Shown in pieces: positions 38,542-46,703 of a stretch of 64,000 bases of DNA. The notes beneath the pieces were generated by a model, which worked only from the letters and a program-made list of their open reading frames with translations, was not told where the DNA came from and made no database searches. Origin of the DNA: a candidate division WOR-3 bacterium (GTDB lineage: Bacteria > Hydrothermota > 32-111). How positions within the stretch are numbered: the stretch's first letter is position 1; each line of letters begins with the position of its first letter. Location of the stretch: positions 128,001-192,000 of the forward strand of contig JBBFKX010000002.1 in NCBI GenBank assembly GCA_037481815.1, given 5' to 3'. Made by a program: the position numbers and the translations under genes.

Positions 38542-39247
38542 ACCTTCTCTCCCTCTTTGAATAATCCAACAACGCCTTGTCAAACTCTTTCTCATCAAAA
38601 TCTGGCCAGAGAACATTGGTAAAATAAAATTCTGAATACGCTGTTTGCCAGAGAAGAAAATTTGAAATTCTATATTCACCACTTGTTCTAATGACAAGAT
38701 CCGGGTCTGGAACATCCGGGAGATACAAATGTTTTGAAAATTCTTCGTTATCCAAATTTTCGAGTTGGTTCAATTTGAGTTTTCTACATATCTCTTTACA
38801 CGCATCAACGATTTCCTGTCTTCCACCATAATCGAAAGCAAGAATAAGAGTTAAACCTGTATTGTTTTTCGTAACCTCTTGAGCATTTTCCATCCTTTCG
38901 AGTAACTCTTTTGACAACCTGTTTCTCCTTCCAATAAAAAGCATTTTAACATTGTTTTTGTAGAGTTCCGGGATTTCCTGCTCAAGAAGTTTTGAAAAGA
39001 GTTTCATCAAACCATCAACTTCACTTTTAGGTCTATCCCAATTCTCAGTTGAAAATGAGAAAAGAGTTAAATATTTTACTCCAACTTTCGCTGAGTGTTT
39101 AACAATCCTTCGGACAGATTCAACTCCCTTCTTATGCCCATACAATCTATTCTTCCCTCTCAATTTTGCCCATCTTCCGTTACCATCCATAATGATGGCA
39201 ACATGTTCGGGAATAGATTTTTCTTTTTCAACTTCCAAGGATTTCAT
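38528..39247 (-). CDS. uppS: Undecaprenyl diphosphate synthase
   Basis: HVAIIMDGNGRWA, FSTENW, RTSGEYRISNFLLWQ. Confidence 0.97.
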   Translation of the reverse strand: MKSLEVEKEKSIPEHVAIIMDGNGRWAKLRGKNRLYGHKKGVESVRRIVKHSAKVGVKYLTLFSFSTENWDRPKSEVDGLMKLFSKLLEQEIPELYKNNVKMLFIGRRNRLSKELLERMENAQEVTKNNTGLTLILAFDYGGRQEIVDACKEICRKLKLNQLENLDNEEFSKHLYLPDVPDPDLVIRTSGEYRISNFLLWQTAYSEFYFTNVLWPDFDEKEFDKALLDYSKRERRFGKV

Positions 39248-39785
39248 TTTCCTTCTTTGTGACTATATCATCGATTTCACCAATATATTTTTCTGTCAAT
39301 TTCTGGATCTCTTTTTCCAGCCTTTCCTCATCATCTTCTGAAATCGTTCCATCTTTTTTCATATTTTTAAGTTTTTCAATGTTATCCCTTCTTATCTGTC
39401 TTATGACTATTCTCGATTCCTCAGCGAGTTTTTTAATAGTTTTAACTATTTCCTTTCTTCTTTCTTCTGTAAGAGGTGGAACAGAAATTCTTATAACATT
39501 TCCATCATTCGTTGGGGTAAGACCAATATTCGCTTTCAGTATCTCTTTTTCAATAACAGAAAGTATACTTTTATCCCACGGTTGAACAACGATCAATTTT
39601 GGGTCAGGAGTTGATATCGTTGAGACCTGATTTAAAGGTGATTTCACACCATAATAATCTATATGTATTCCATCAAGTAATGCAGGAGTGGCTTTTCCCG
39701 TTCTGATCTTTGAAAGTTCGCTTTTAAAATTATCAACACTTTTTTTCATAGAAACTTCAGAATCATGTAAAAGTTTTTCAGGCAT
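39228..39785 (-). CDS. frr: Ribosome recycling factor
   Basis: IRTGKA, PPLTEERRKE. Confidence 0.97.
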   Translation of the reverse strand: MPEKLLHDSEVSMKKSVDNFKSELSKIRTGKATPALLDGIHIDYYGVKSPLNQVSTISTPDPKLIVVQPWDKSILSVIEKEILKANIGLTPTNDGNVIRISVPPLTEERRKEIVKTIKKLAEESRIVIRQIRRDNIEKLKNMKKDGTISEDDEERLEKEIQKLTEKYIGEIDDIVTKKENEILGS

Positions 39786-39795
39786 ATTTCCCCCT

Positions 39796-40512
39796 TTAAC
39801 TAACAAGTGTTCCTATTTTTTCACCTTTTACGATCTTTATAAGGTTACCATATTTTAAAATGTTGAAAACTATAATCGGAAGTTTGTTCTCTTTACTCAG
39901 TGATATTGCTGTCATATCCATAACATTGAGTTCTTTGATGAGAACAGAAGAATAGTTAATATTTTTGAACATTTTTGCATTCTTATTTTTAACAGGATCA
40001 ATGTCAAAAACTCCGTCAACCTTTGTTCCCTTCAAAAGCACCTCACAACCGATTTCGGACGCTCTTAAAACAGCTGCGGTATCTGTTGTGAAAAAGGGGT
40101 TTCCAGTCCCACCTGTAAAAATAACTATCCTTTTTTTATCAAGATGTGATAAAGCTTTTCTTCTAATATAAGGTTCTGCGATCTGTTTTATCTCGATTGC
40201 CGTCATCATCCTCGTGTTTACACCTTTTTTTTCAATCATCGCCTGTAAAACCATTCCATTTATAACCGTTGAAAGCATCCCTGTATAATCTGCAGTAACC
40301 TTATCAAGGTGAAGTTGATTTACAAGTTTCGATCCTCTTATGATGTTCCCTCCACCAATAACTATTCCTATATCAACTCCCATCTTATAAACTTCAACTA
40401 TTTCATCTACAAGTGTTGACAGAGATTTTTCAGAAAAAACATAATCTTTGTCTCCAAGGATCTCGCCTGAGAGTTTCAACAGGATCCTTTTATATTTCGG
40501 TCTCGTTTTCAT
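39796..40512 (-). CDS. pyrH: UMP kinase
   Basis: LLKLSGE, GGGNI, GTGNPFFTTD. Confidence 0.98.
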   Translation of the reverse strand: MKTRPKYKRILLKLSGEILGDKDYVFSEKSLSTLVDEIVEVYKMGVDIGIVIGGGNIIRGSKLVNQLHLDKVTADYTGMLSTVINGMVLQAMIEKKGVNTRMMTAIEIKQIAEPYIRRKALSHLDKKRIVIFTGGTGNPFFTTDTAAVLRASEIGCEVLLKGTKVDGVFDIDPVKNKNAKMFKNINYSSVLIKELNVMDMTAISLSKENKLPIIVFNILKYGNLIKIVKGEKIGTLVS

Positions 40513-41109
40513 CTATTCTCCGATTTTAAAAATCGAGAATCTACTGACGATTATATTTTCTCCAAATTTTGCTATATTCTCTTTTATATAGTCCTCAACA
40601 GTTTTCTTGTCCTCAGATCCAAAGAACTGTTGTCTGTAAAGACAATTTTCCTCAAAGAATTTCTGTAATTTGTTCTCGATGATCTTATCGATAACATTCT
40701 GAGGTTTCTTTTGATCTTTCAACTGTTCTTTATAAATCTCTTTCTCTTTTTCGATAACTTCCTGTGGAACATCGGTCTCCCTTATATACTGTGGCTCCAT
40801 AGCACCGATGTGTATCGCTATCTGATGAGCCATATCCATAAACTCCTGTGTTTTTGCAACAAAATCTGTCTCACAGTTAACCTCGACCAAAACTCCAAGT
40901 TTTTTGTTGTAATGTATGTAAGCATCAATAACTCCCTCTGTTGCTGTCCTTGAGGATTTTTTTGCAGCTTTTAGAATACCCTCTTTTCTTAAGTATTCAA
41001 TAGCTTTTTCAATATCTCCATCATTCTTTATCAATGCATTCTTACAGTCCATTATTCCAAGGCCTGTTCTTTCTTTTAATTCTTTTATCATATCCATTGT
41101 TATATTCAT
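40513..41109 (-). CDS. tsf: Elongation factor Ts (short 198-aa form)
   Basis: [27 protein letters not shown]. Confidence 0.97.
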   Translation of the reverse strand: MNITMDMIKELKERTGLGIMDCKNALIKNDGDIEKAIEYLRKEGILKAAKKSSRTATEGVIDAYIHYNKKLGVLVEVNCETDFVAKTQEFMDMAHQIAIHIGAMEPQYIRETDVPQEVIEKEKEIYKEQLKDQKKPQNVIDKIIENKLQKFFEENCLYRQQFFGSEDKKTVEDYIKENIAKFGENIIVSRFSIFKIGE

Positions 41110-41125
41110 AAAATCTCCTTGAAAA

Positions 41126-41941
41126 TTATTCTATTCTTCTTCTTCTTTTGATCCTTTCAACCTTTTCACCTTCATCATCTATATCTTCAACAATACTTTC
41201 TTTCTTTCTTGTTTCACTCTGCATCGACTCTTCTCTCTTCTGGTTGTCAAGGAAATCTTTTCTCTCTATAAGACCTTTGTTAACAGCATCTGAAATAACT
41301 TTCGTCACTATCTCGATAGATTTTATGGCATCATCGTTTCCTGGAATTGGAATCGTTACCATATCGGGATCAGAGTTTGTGTCAACGAGTGCAACAACAG
41401 GGATGCCCATGAGGTTCGCTTCATTTATCGCTATCTTATGCTTTTTTGTATCGACAACGAACATCACATCAGGCAATCTTGTCATCTCTTTGATTCCGGA
41501 AAAAACCTTTGAAAGTTTCTCTATCTCCCTTTCCTTCATACTCTTTTCTTTTTTTGTGAGTTTGTCATAATCTCCATTTTTCAATTTCGCTTCACTCTCT
41601 TTTAATTTATCTATCGTTCTTTTAACTGTTGAGAAGTTTGTTAAAAGACCTCCTAGCCATCTTTCATTGATATAGAAAGAATTACAACTTTTCGCTTCCT
41701 GTTCGATTATATCTTTTGCCTGTTTTTTTGTTCCAACAAAAAGTACCTGACCACCGTTAGCCACTATTCCTTTAACAAACTCGTTTGCTTTTTTCAACTG
41801 TTCAAGTGTTTTTAGAAGATCGATAATATAGATACCGTTTCTTGATGAAAAAATAAACGGCTTCATCTTTGGGTTCCATCTTTCGGTTTTGTGTCCGAAA
41901 TGAACACCACACTTCAAAAGTTCTTCAATTGTGATCTGCAT
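41126..41941 (-). CDS. rpsB: 30S ribosomal protein S2
   Basis: GVHFGH, WNPKM, RWLGG, PGNDDAI; AGGAGG RBS before ATG at 41941. Confidence 0.98.
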   Translation of the reverse strand: MQITIEELLKCGVHFGHKTERWNPKMKPFIFSSRNGIYIIDLLKTLEQLKKANEFVKGIVANGGQVLFVGTKKQAKDIIEQEAKSCNSFYINERWLGGLLTNFSTVKRTIDKLKESEAKLKNGDYDKLTKKEKSMKEREIEKLSKVFSGIKEMTRLPDVMFVVDTKKHKIAINEANLMGIPVVALVDTNSDPDMVTIPIPGNDDAIKSIEIVTKVISDAVNKGLIERKDFLDNQKREESMQSETRKKESIVEDIDDEGEKVERIKRRRRIE

Positions 41942-41949
41942 AGAAAATC

Positions 41950-42025
41950 CTCCTTCGGTTAAATCTTCCACTGATCCTATGGGAACAGATGAACTGCACC
42001 GCCCATAGGATTTGACCAGTGTGCT
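41950..42025 (-). promoter_or_regulatory. rpsB (S2) ribosomal leader RNA
   Basis: CACACTG...ATCCTATGGG...CCCATAGGAT CAGTG GAAG...TAACCGAAGGAGG; nested stems, with CGGT/ACCG able to form the pseudoknot. Confidence 0.75.
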
Positions 42026-42036
42026 TTTTTGTTAAA

Positions 42037-42426
42037 TTATCTCTTAGAGAATTGGTATCTCTTTCTTGCTTTAGCAAGTCCGTATTTTCTTCTTTCTTTT
42101 TCTCTTGGATCCCTTGTCAAAAGTCCATTATCCTTAAGAACAACTTTAAAATCTGGATACTTTCTTGCTATTGATCTTGCGATCCCGAGTTTTATAGCAT
42201 CCTTTTGACCAGTGATTCCACCACCTGAAACTTTTGCATACACGGAAACTTTTCTTTCAAGGTTACACAAGCGTAAAACGTTCAAAAGTTCCTCTCTGTG
42301 ATCAAATCTTTTAACATAATCCTCAAGTTTTTTTCCATTTATCAAAAATTTTCCTTTACCTTCAACCAATCTGACTCTTGCAACCGCTTCTTTTCTTCTT
42401 CCAACAAAAACATTATTTTCAGCCAA
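42037..42426 (-). CDS. rpsI: 30S ribosomal protein S9
   Basis: GRRKEAVARV, GGGITGQ, ends QFSKR. Confidence 0.98.
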   Translation of the reverse strand: MAENNVFVGRRKEAVARVRLVEGKGKFLINGKKLEDYVKRFDHREELLNVLRLCNLERKVSVYAKVSGGGITGQKDAIKLGIARSIARKYPDFKVVLKDNGLLTRDPREKERRKYGLAKARKRYQFSKR

Positions 42427-42435
42427 AGTTCCTCC

Positions 42436-42864
42436 TTATAATTTTATTTCCACTGGATTCTGTGCTTTATGTTTATGGTTTGAATCGTTGTAAATTTTTA
42501 ATCTCGTTAACATCTTCCTTCCAAGTTTATTTTTGGGAAGCATCCTTTTCACAGCAAGAGTGATAACTTTTGATGGATTCTTTTCAAGCATCTCCTTAAG
42601 AGTGCTCTCTTTTAGATTTCCAATATAACCTGAATGGGAATAATAGATTTTGTTAGAAAGTTTATTGCCGGTAACTTTTATATCCTTTGCATTTATAACT
42701 ATAACACCATCACCATTATCCACATCTGGCTGATAGGTAACTTTGTTTTTACCCATAAGAATAGTTGAAATCTTTGTTGACAGACGACCCAAGGTTTTTC
42801 CTTTTGCATCAACTATGTACCAGTTATGTTTGATCTCGTTCTCTTTTATTCTCGTCGTTTTCAT
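42436..42864 (-). CDS. rplM: 50S ribosomal protein L13
   Basis: WYIVDA..KTLGRL, MLPKNKLG. Confidence 0.98.
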   Translation of the reverse strand: MKTTRIKENEIKHNWYIVDAKGKTLGRLSTKISTILMGKNKVTYQPDVDNGDGVIVINAKDIKVTGNKLSNKIYYSHSGYIGNLKESTLKEMLEKNPSKVITLAVKRMLPKNKLGRKMLTRLKIYNDSNHKHKAQNPVEIKL

Positions 42865-42873
42865 TTAAACTCC

Positions 42874-43950
42874 TTACTTCCCCTGTTTTTTTAACTCTTC
42901 ATATTTCTTGTATTCTTCTTTTGCTTTGTCGTTCATTTTCATTCTCGAATAGCAGTCGGCTTTTATCAGATAAAGATCGCTTATCTCAATTCCACTTTTG
43001 GAGATATATTCATCGATAATTTTTATAGCATCAGCATAATTTTGATTTTTGTAATATGCGAATCCCAAGTTCAACATCGATTCAAAATCATCCTCTTTAA
43101 CCTTCAAAGCGTTCTCAAAGTTAACAACTGCTTCTTTGTAGTTCTTTTTTTCATCAAGATAGATTTTCCCAAGTTTGAAAGAAACATCATTTTTGTATGT
43201 CGAGAGTTTGGATTTCATGGTTGAATCTGAAGATTCATAAATTTTGTTGAAACTGTTAAAATTCTTTATTGCCTCATCAAAATTTTTCTTTGAATATGCT
43301 ATTTCTCCAAGCCAGTATATGATCTGTGGATTTTCAGCATCTATATCTTTTGCTTTATCCAGATACTTCTTTGCTTCATCGAACTTTTCGATTCCAATAT
43401 AATATTTTGCAACATTGAAAAAGAGTGAAAGATTTTTTGGGTTCTTTGAAACAGATTTTTCTATAGTTTTTGTCATGTTCGTTTCATCACCAGTTTCAGC
43501 GTAAAGTAGTACAAGATAATCATAGTTTATAGAAGTATCTTTAACTTCCTCCGCTTTTAAAAGATATTTTTCATACTTTGATTTATTCTCTTTACTATCC
43601 TTATTTCTCAAGAAACCCGTTCCCGCATTGAAGAGTACTGGCCAGTAAAATTCAACATTCTCTTTCATCTCTTTTAAAACTTGTCCTGTAGTATCCTTTT
43701 CAAGTGCGATAATAAAATACTCTGATGCTTTATCAAACTCACTCTTTGAACCGTATGCCTTACCCATCCAAAGATACGCCTGTGGGTTGTTCGGTTCAAG
43801 TTTTATCGCTTCGTTGAACTGAACTATCGCTTTATCAAAATCGTTCTGTTGCATATATATTATACCTGATGACATATATTGATTGTTACATCCAACCATA
43901 AGTATAACTACCATTGCAACGATTAACAACAAATTAAAAAACCTGTACAT
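42874..43950 (-). CDS. TPR-repeat lipoprotein
   Basis: Lipobox LMVGC followed by multiple TPR repeats. Confidence 0.85.
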   Translation of the reverse strand: MYRFFNLLLIVAMVVILMVGCNNQYMSSGIIYMQQNDFDKAIVQFNEAIKLEPNNPQAYLWMGKAYGSKSEFDKASEYFIIALEKDTTGQVLKEMKENVEFYWPVLFNAGTGFLRNKDSKENKSKYEKYLLKAEEVKDTSINYDYLVLLYAETGDETNMTKTIEKSVSKNPKNLSLFFNVAKYYIGIEKFDEAKKYLDKAKDIDAENPQIIYWLGEIAYSKKNFDEAIKNFNSFNKIYESSDSTMKSKLSTYKNDVSFKLGKIYLDEKKNYKEAVVNFENALKVKEDDFESMLNLGFAYYKNQNYADAIKIIDEYISKSGIEISDLYLIKADCYSRMKMNDKAKEEYKKYEELKKQGK

Positions 43951-43989
43951 TTAAAACCTCCTGAAAAAAGAGCAGAATTTTAGTTTTTC

Positions 43990-44017
43990 ATTTTATCAAA
44001 AAAAAGTTTTTTGTCAA
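43990..44017 (-). promoter_or_regulatory. Promoter upstream of the TPR lipoprotein-rplM-rpsI block
   Basis: TTGACA-16 nt-TAAAAT with TGn extension. Confidence 0.6.
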
Positions 44018-44058
44018 TAGTAAGAAGAAAGAGGTATACAATAATATCTTTTTAATAA

Positions 44059-44529
44059 TTACCGAAACAGGTTATCAATTATGTTGTCAACTTGATTTTT
44101 GAAATCTCTGTCAAAAGTTATTTTTTCATCCTCCTCTTCCTTCATAAGTTTAACTATATTCTCACTTAATTTTTTCATCATCGTTTGAACAACTCCTATT
44201 ATGGTATCTTTTGAAAAAAGAGAAACTATAATTATCTCATCGTTTACTGCAAGATAAAAAAAGGAAAATTTTTTTCCTTCCTGAAAGAGTGTAAAAAAAT
44301 AATCCTCTTTAACAAGTTTTGCGATACTTTTTGTTGCATTGAAAATTCCAGCACATAAGGCACCTAACGATTGAGTGTAATAGTTATCCTTTTTCATACC
44401 CATCTGAAAAAGCACCTGACCTGCACTATTTATAATAAGAACATTCAGGACCTTTGTATCCTGAATGAATGTCTTCAAAAACCGTTCAACATCTTTGACG
44501 GTTGGCTCATCAAGAACAAGTTTTTTCAT
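44059..44529 (-). CDS. Roadblock/LC7 protein, MglB-like
   Basis: LIINSAGQV, SLGALCAGIFNATKSIAKLVKE..F..LFQEG; C-terminal DNIIDNLF resembling the MglB C-helix. Confidence 0.85.
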   Translation of the reverse strand: MKKLVLDEPTVKDVERFLKTFIQDTKVLNVLIINSAGQVLFQMGMKKDNYYTQSLGALCAGIFNATKSIAKLVKEDYFFTLFQEGKKFSFFYLAVNDEIIIVSLFSKDTIIGVVQTMMKKLSENIVKLMKEEEDEKITFDRDFKNQVDNIIDNLFR

Positions 44530-44535
44530 AAAATT

Positions 44536-44880
44536 TTATATATTCCCCTGAAGTTGTGCTGCGATATTTTTTATTTGTATTATCAAAGCCCCAATGTTCA
44601 CATTCTTTTCAGCAAGAGCAAACAGTATAAACTTTTCTTTTGAAATGAAAAGTACTTCACCTTTTTCAGTGTATATCGTTGAAAATATTGGAAGGGAGTC
44701 GGTACTCTTTCCCAAACTTTTTTCCATCTCACTGTTTATCTTTGCAACCATCGCTCCAAGCAGTTCCGCCATTTCACTTTCATAGAAAATTTTATCAACG
44801 ATGAGTCCATCTTTTGTAAGAACAGCAACACCTTTAACTCCAGTTATCTCCATTATCTTCTCAATTTTCTCTTTTATCAT
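44536..44880 (-). CDS. Roadblock/LC7 protein
   Basis: ITGVKGVAVLTKDGLIV...NVNIG. Confidence 0.88.
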   Translation of the reverse strand: MIKEKIEKIMEITGVKGVAVLTKDGLIVDKIFYESEMAELLGAMVAKINSEMEKSLGKSTDSLPIFSTIYTEKGEVLFISKEKFILFALAEKNVNIGALIIQIKNIAAQLQGNI

Positions 44881-45593
44881 TGTTCAAGCACCTGTTTTAT
44901 ATTTTTTAACAACTGTTTCGCTTTTATAAGTATAAGACCTATCTTTACAACCTCTTCAGTGAAAATCCCCAGTATATATCCATTACCTTTAAAAAGATAT
45001 ATTCTGACTTTTCCAATTTCGATAAAGATCCTGTCTATCAGACCAAGATCGGTTTTACTTATAGAATCCTCTGAAACAGAAAAAATCGTCGAAAAAAGTG
45101 CAGAGGTGATTTCAGGGTCAAGGTTTTCCAGTATCTTTGCTCTTATAACAAGGCCTGATTCTTCAATTATGATACTCCCCAAAACTCCATTTATAGAGTT
45201 TATCTCTTCAAGCGATCTGTCAAGTAAACTTTCCGCCTCATTTGCGGTTATAACATTGTCCTTTTCTATCTTTTGCAAATCTTCTTTTTTTATCTCAGAG
45301 TTTTTTGAAATCCCACCCTCTTCGACTCTCACAGGTTGTATTAAAGATCTTACCGAAGGATCATCGGGAAATTCATTCAAAAGTTGATTCAAAACTTCTG
45401 TGGCAGATGGATCGTTCAATTCCTTTAAAGATCTATAAAGCAGAATTTTTGCATCCTTTATATCGGGAAATTCTGAAAGAATAAGTTTACAGTAGTTTAT
45501 AGTTTCGTTGAACGCTTTGTTCTTATAAAGATCCTCAGCGATCATTATAAGTAGTGAAATACTATCCCGATCAACTTTCATTCCTTCATTCAA
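44877..45593 (-). CDS. TPR + Roadblock/LC7 domain protein
   Basis: N-terminal TPR-like helices; INGVLGSIIIEESGLVI...VKIGLI. Confidence 0.85.
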   Translation of the reverse strand: MNEGMKVDRDSISLLIMIAEDLYKNKAFNETINYCKLILSEFPDIKDAKILLYRSLKELNDPSATEVLNQLLNEFPDDPSVRSLIQPVRVEEGGISKNSEIKKEDLQKIEKDNVITANEAESLLDRSLEEINSINGVLGSIIIEESGLVIRAKILENLDPEITSALFSTIFSVSEDSISKTDLGLIDRIFIEIGKVRIYLFKGNGYILGIFTEEVVKIGLILIKAKQLLKNIKQVLEQ

Positions 45594-46701
45594 ATTTACC
45601 TCCTAAAAGTTCATCAAAGATTTTTTGACACTCTTTAAGAGATTCTACAAGTTTTTCAACCTTACTCATCTGATCCGGTGTTTGGAGATTATCATAAAGA
45701 GAAATCAGTTCATCTATACTCTTCTTTACATCTCCCCTTTTAAAGTAAGCAAAAGAATTATACTTTTTTATAAAAGGATCATCGATTCCCTCGTTTTTTG
45801 CTATCAGAGTGAACTCGTTTATTTTATCAAACTGATTAGTTGCAAAGAATGAATAAATAAGCATTCTGTAAGCATCGAGATTTTTTGGATCCTTTTTAAC
45901 ATAATTTTTCAACTCGTTTATAGCTTTATCGAACAATCCATCATTGAAATAATGTTTTGCAACATCAAAACTACTTTCCACATCACCTTTTTGAGCGCCT
46001 TCGATAATAACTATACCAAGAGTTATCATTCCATATATCAATTTTGCTATTTCAAACTCATCACCATATTTTTCGGCGATATCTTTAATCGTGTTTTTAC
46101 CATTTATCATCGAAAAAATTTCCCACTCTTTTGGTTTAAGATCCAAAAGGTCCATTTTGTCTGGATTGTCAGAGATTTTTGGAATCACCGATGAGTTTGG
46201 AATCTTTGCGGATAACCTTGACCATTCATCTATTCTTCTTGAGCCCTCCATTATCAAAGATTCGGTTTTGATTTTGAATTTGAACAGGTTGTCGAGAATG
46301 AAATTACCTTCCTCAAATTTGAAATATCCTTCTCTCCATTCAAAAAGTTTGTATATGGTATCTTCGATTCTGAGTTGTAAAAATTTTCTGAACTCGTTTT
46401 CAGTCATAATGTTCATCTTTATTATCTCTTTTGCGATTTCAACATCATCGTTTTGAATTTTGTTCATTATCCTCTGTTCATAAAATTCTTTGGTTATTTT
46501 CCCAGCTTTTATCAAAAGCAAAGGCAAAGTTATCCCTTCCATACTAACATACACAACATTCCCATTTTCAAAATAAACGTTCGCTTTTTCTTCTTTATTT
46601 GAATCTATTTTTAATATTCCACTCTTCTGATTGAAAGATAGTATCTGAAACAGATCTATGAGATTCAGTTCACTGATTGGTCCTTCAATAGCCACATCCA
46701 C
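45586..46701 (-). CDS. DUF4388 + TPR protein
   Basis: AIEGPISELNLIDLFQILSFNQKSGIL, LFEWREGYFKF, LIMEGSRRIDEW. Confidence 0.88.
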   Translation of the reverse strand: MDVAIEGPISELNLIDLFQILSFNQKSGILKIDSNKEEKANVYFENGNVVYVSMEGITLPLLLIKAGKITKEFYEQRIMNKIQNDDVEIAKEIIKMNIMTENEFRKFLQLRIEDTIYKLFEWREGYFKFEEGNFILDNLFKFKIKTESLIMEGSRRIDEWSRLSAKIPNSSVIPKISDNPDKMDLLDLKPKEWEIFSMINGKNTIKDIAEKYGDEFEIAKLIYGMITLGIVIIEGAQKGDVESSFDVAKHYFNDGLFDKAINELKNYVKKDPKNLDAYRMLIYSFFATNQFDKINEFTLIAKNEGIDDPFIKKYNSFAYFKRGDVKKSIDELISLYDNLQTPDQMSKVEKLVESLKECQKIFDELLGGKFE

Positions 46702-46703
46702 TC

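Noticed and set aside
40513..41109. Short EF-Ts as a truncation
   Set aside because: EF-Ts of about 200 aa is a known form (for example Thermus); motifs and RBS are intact.
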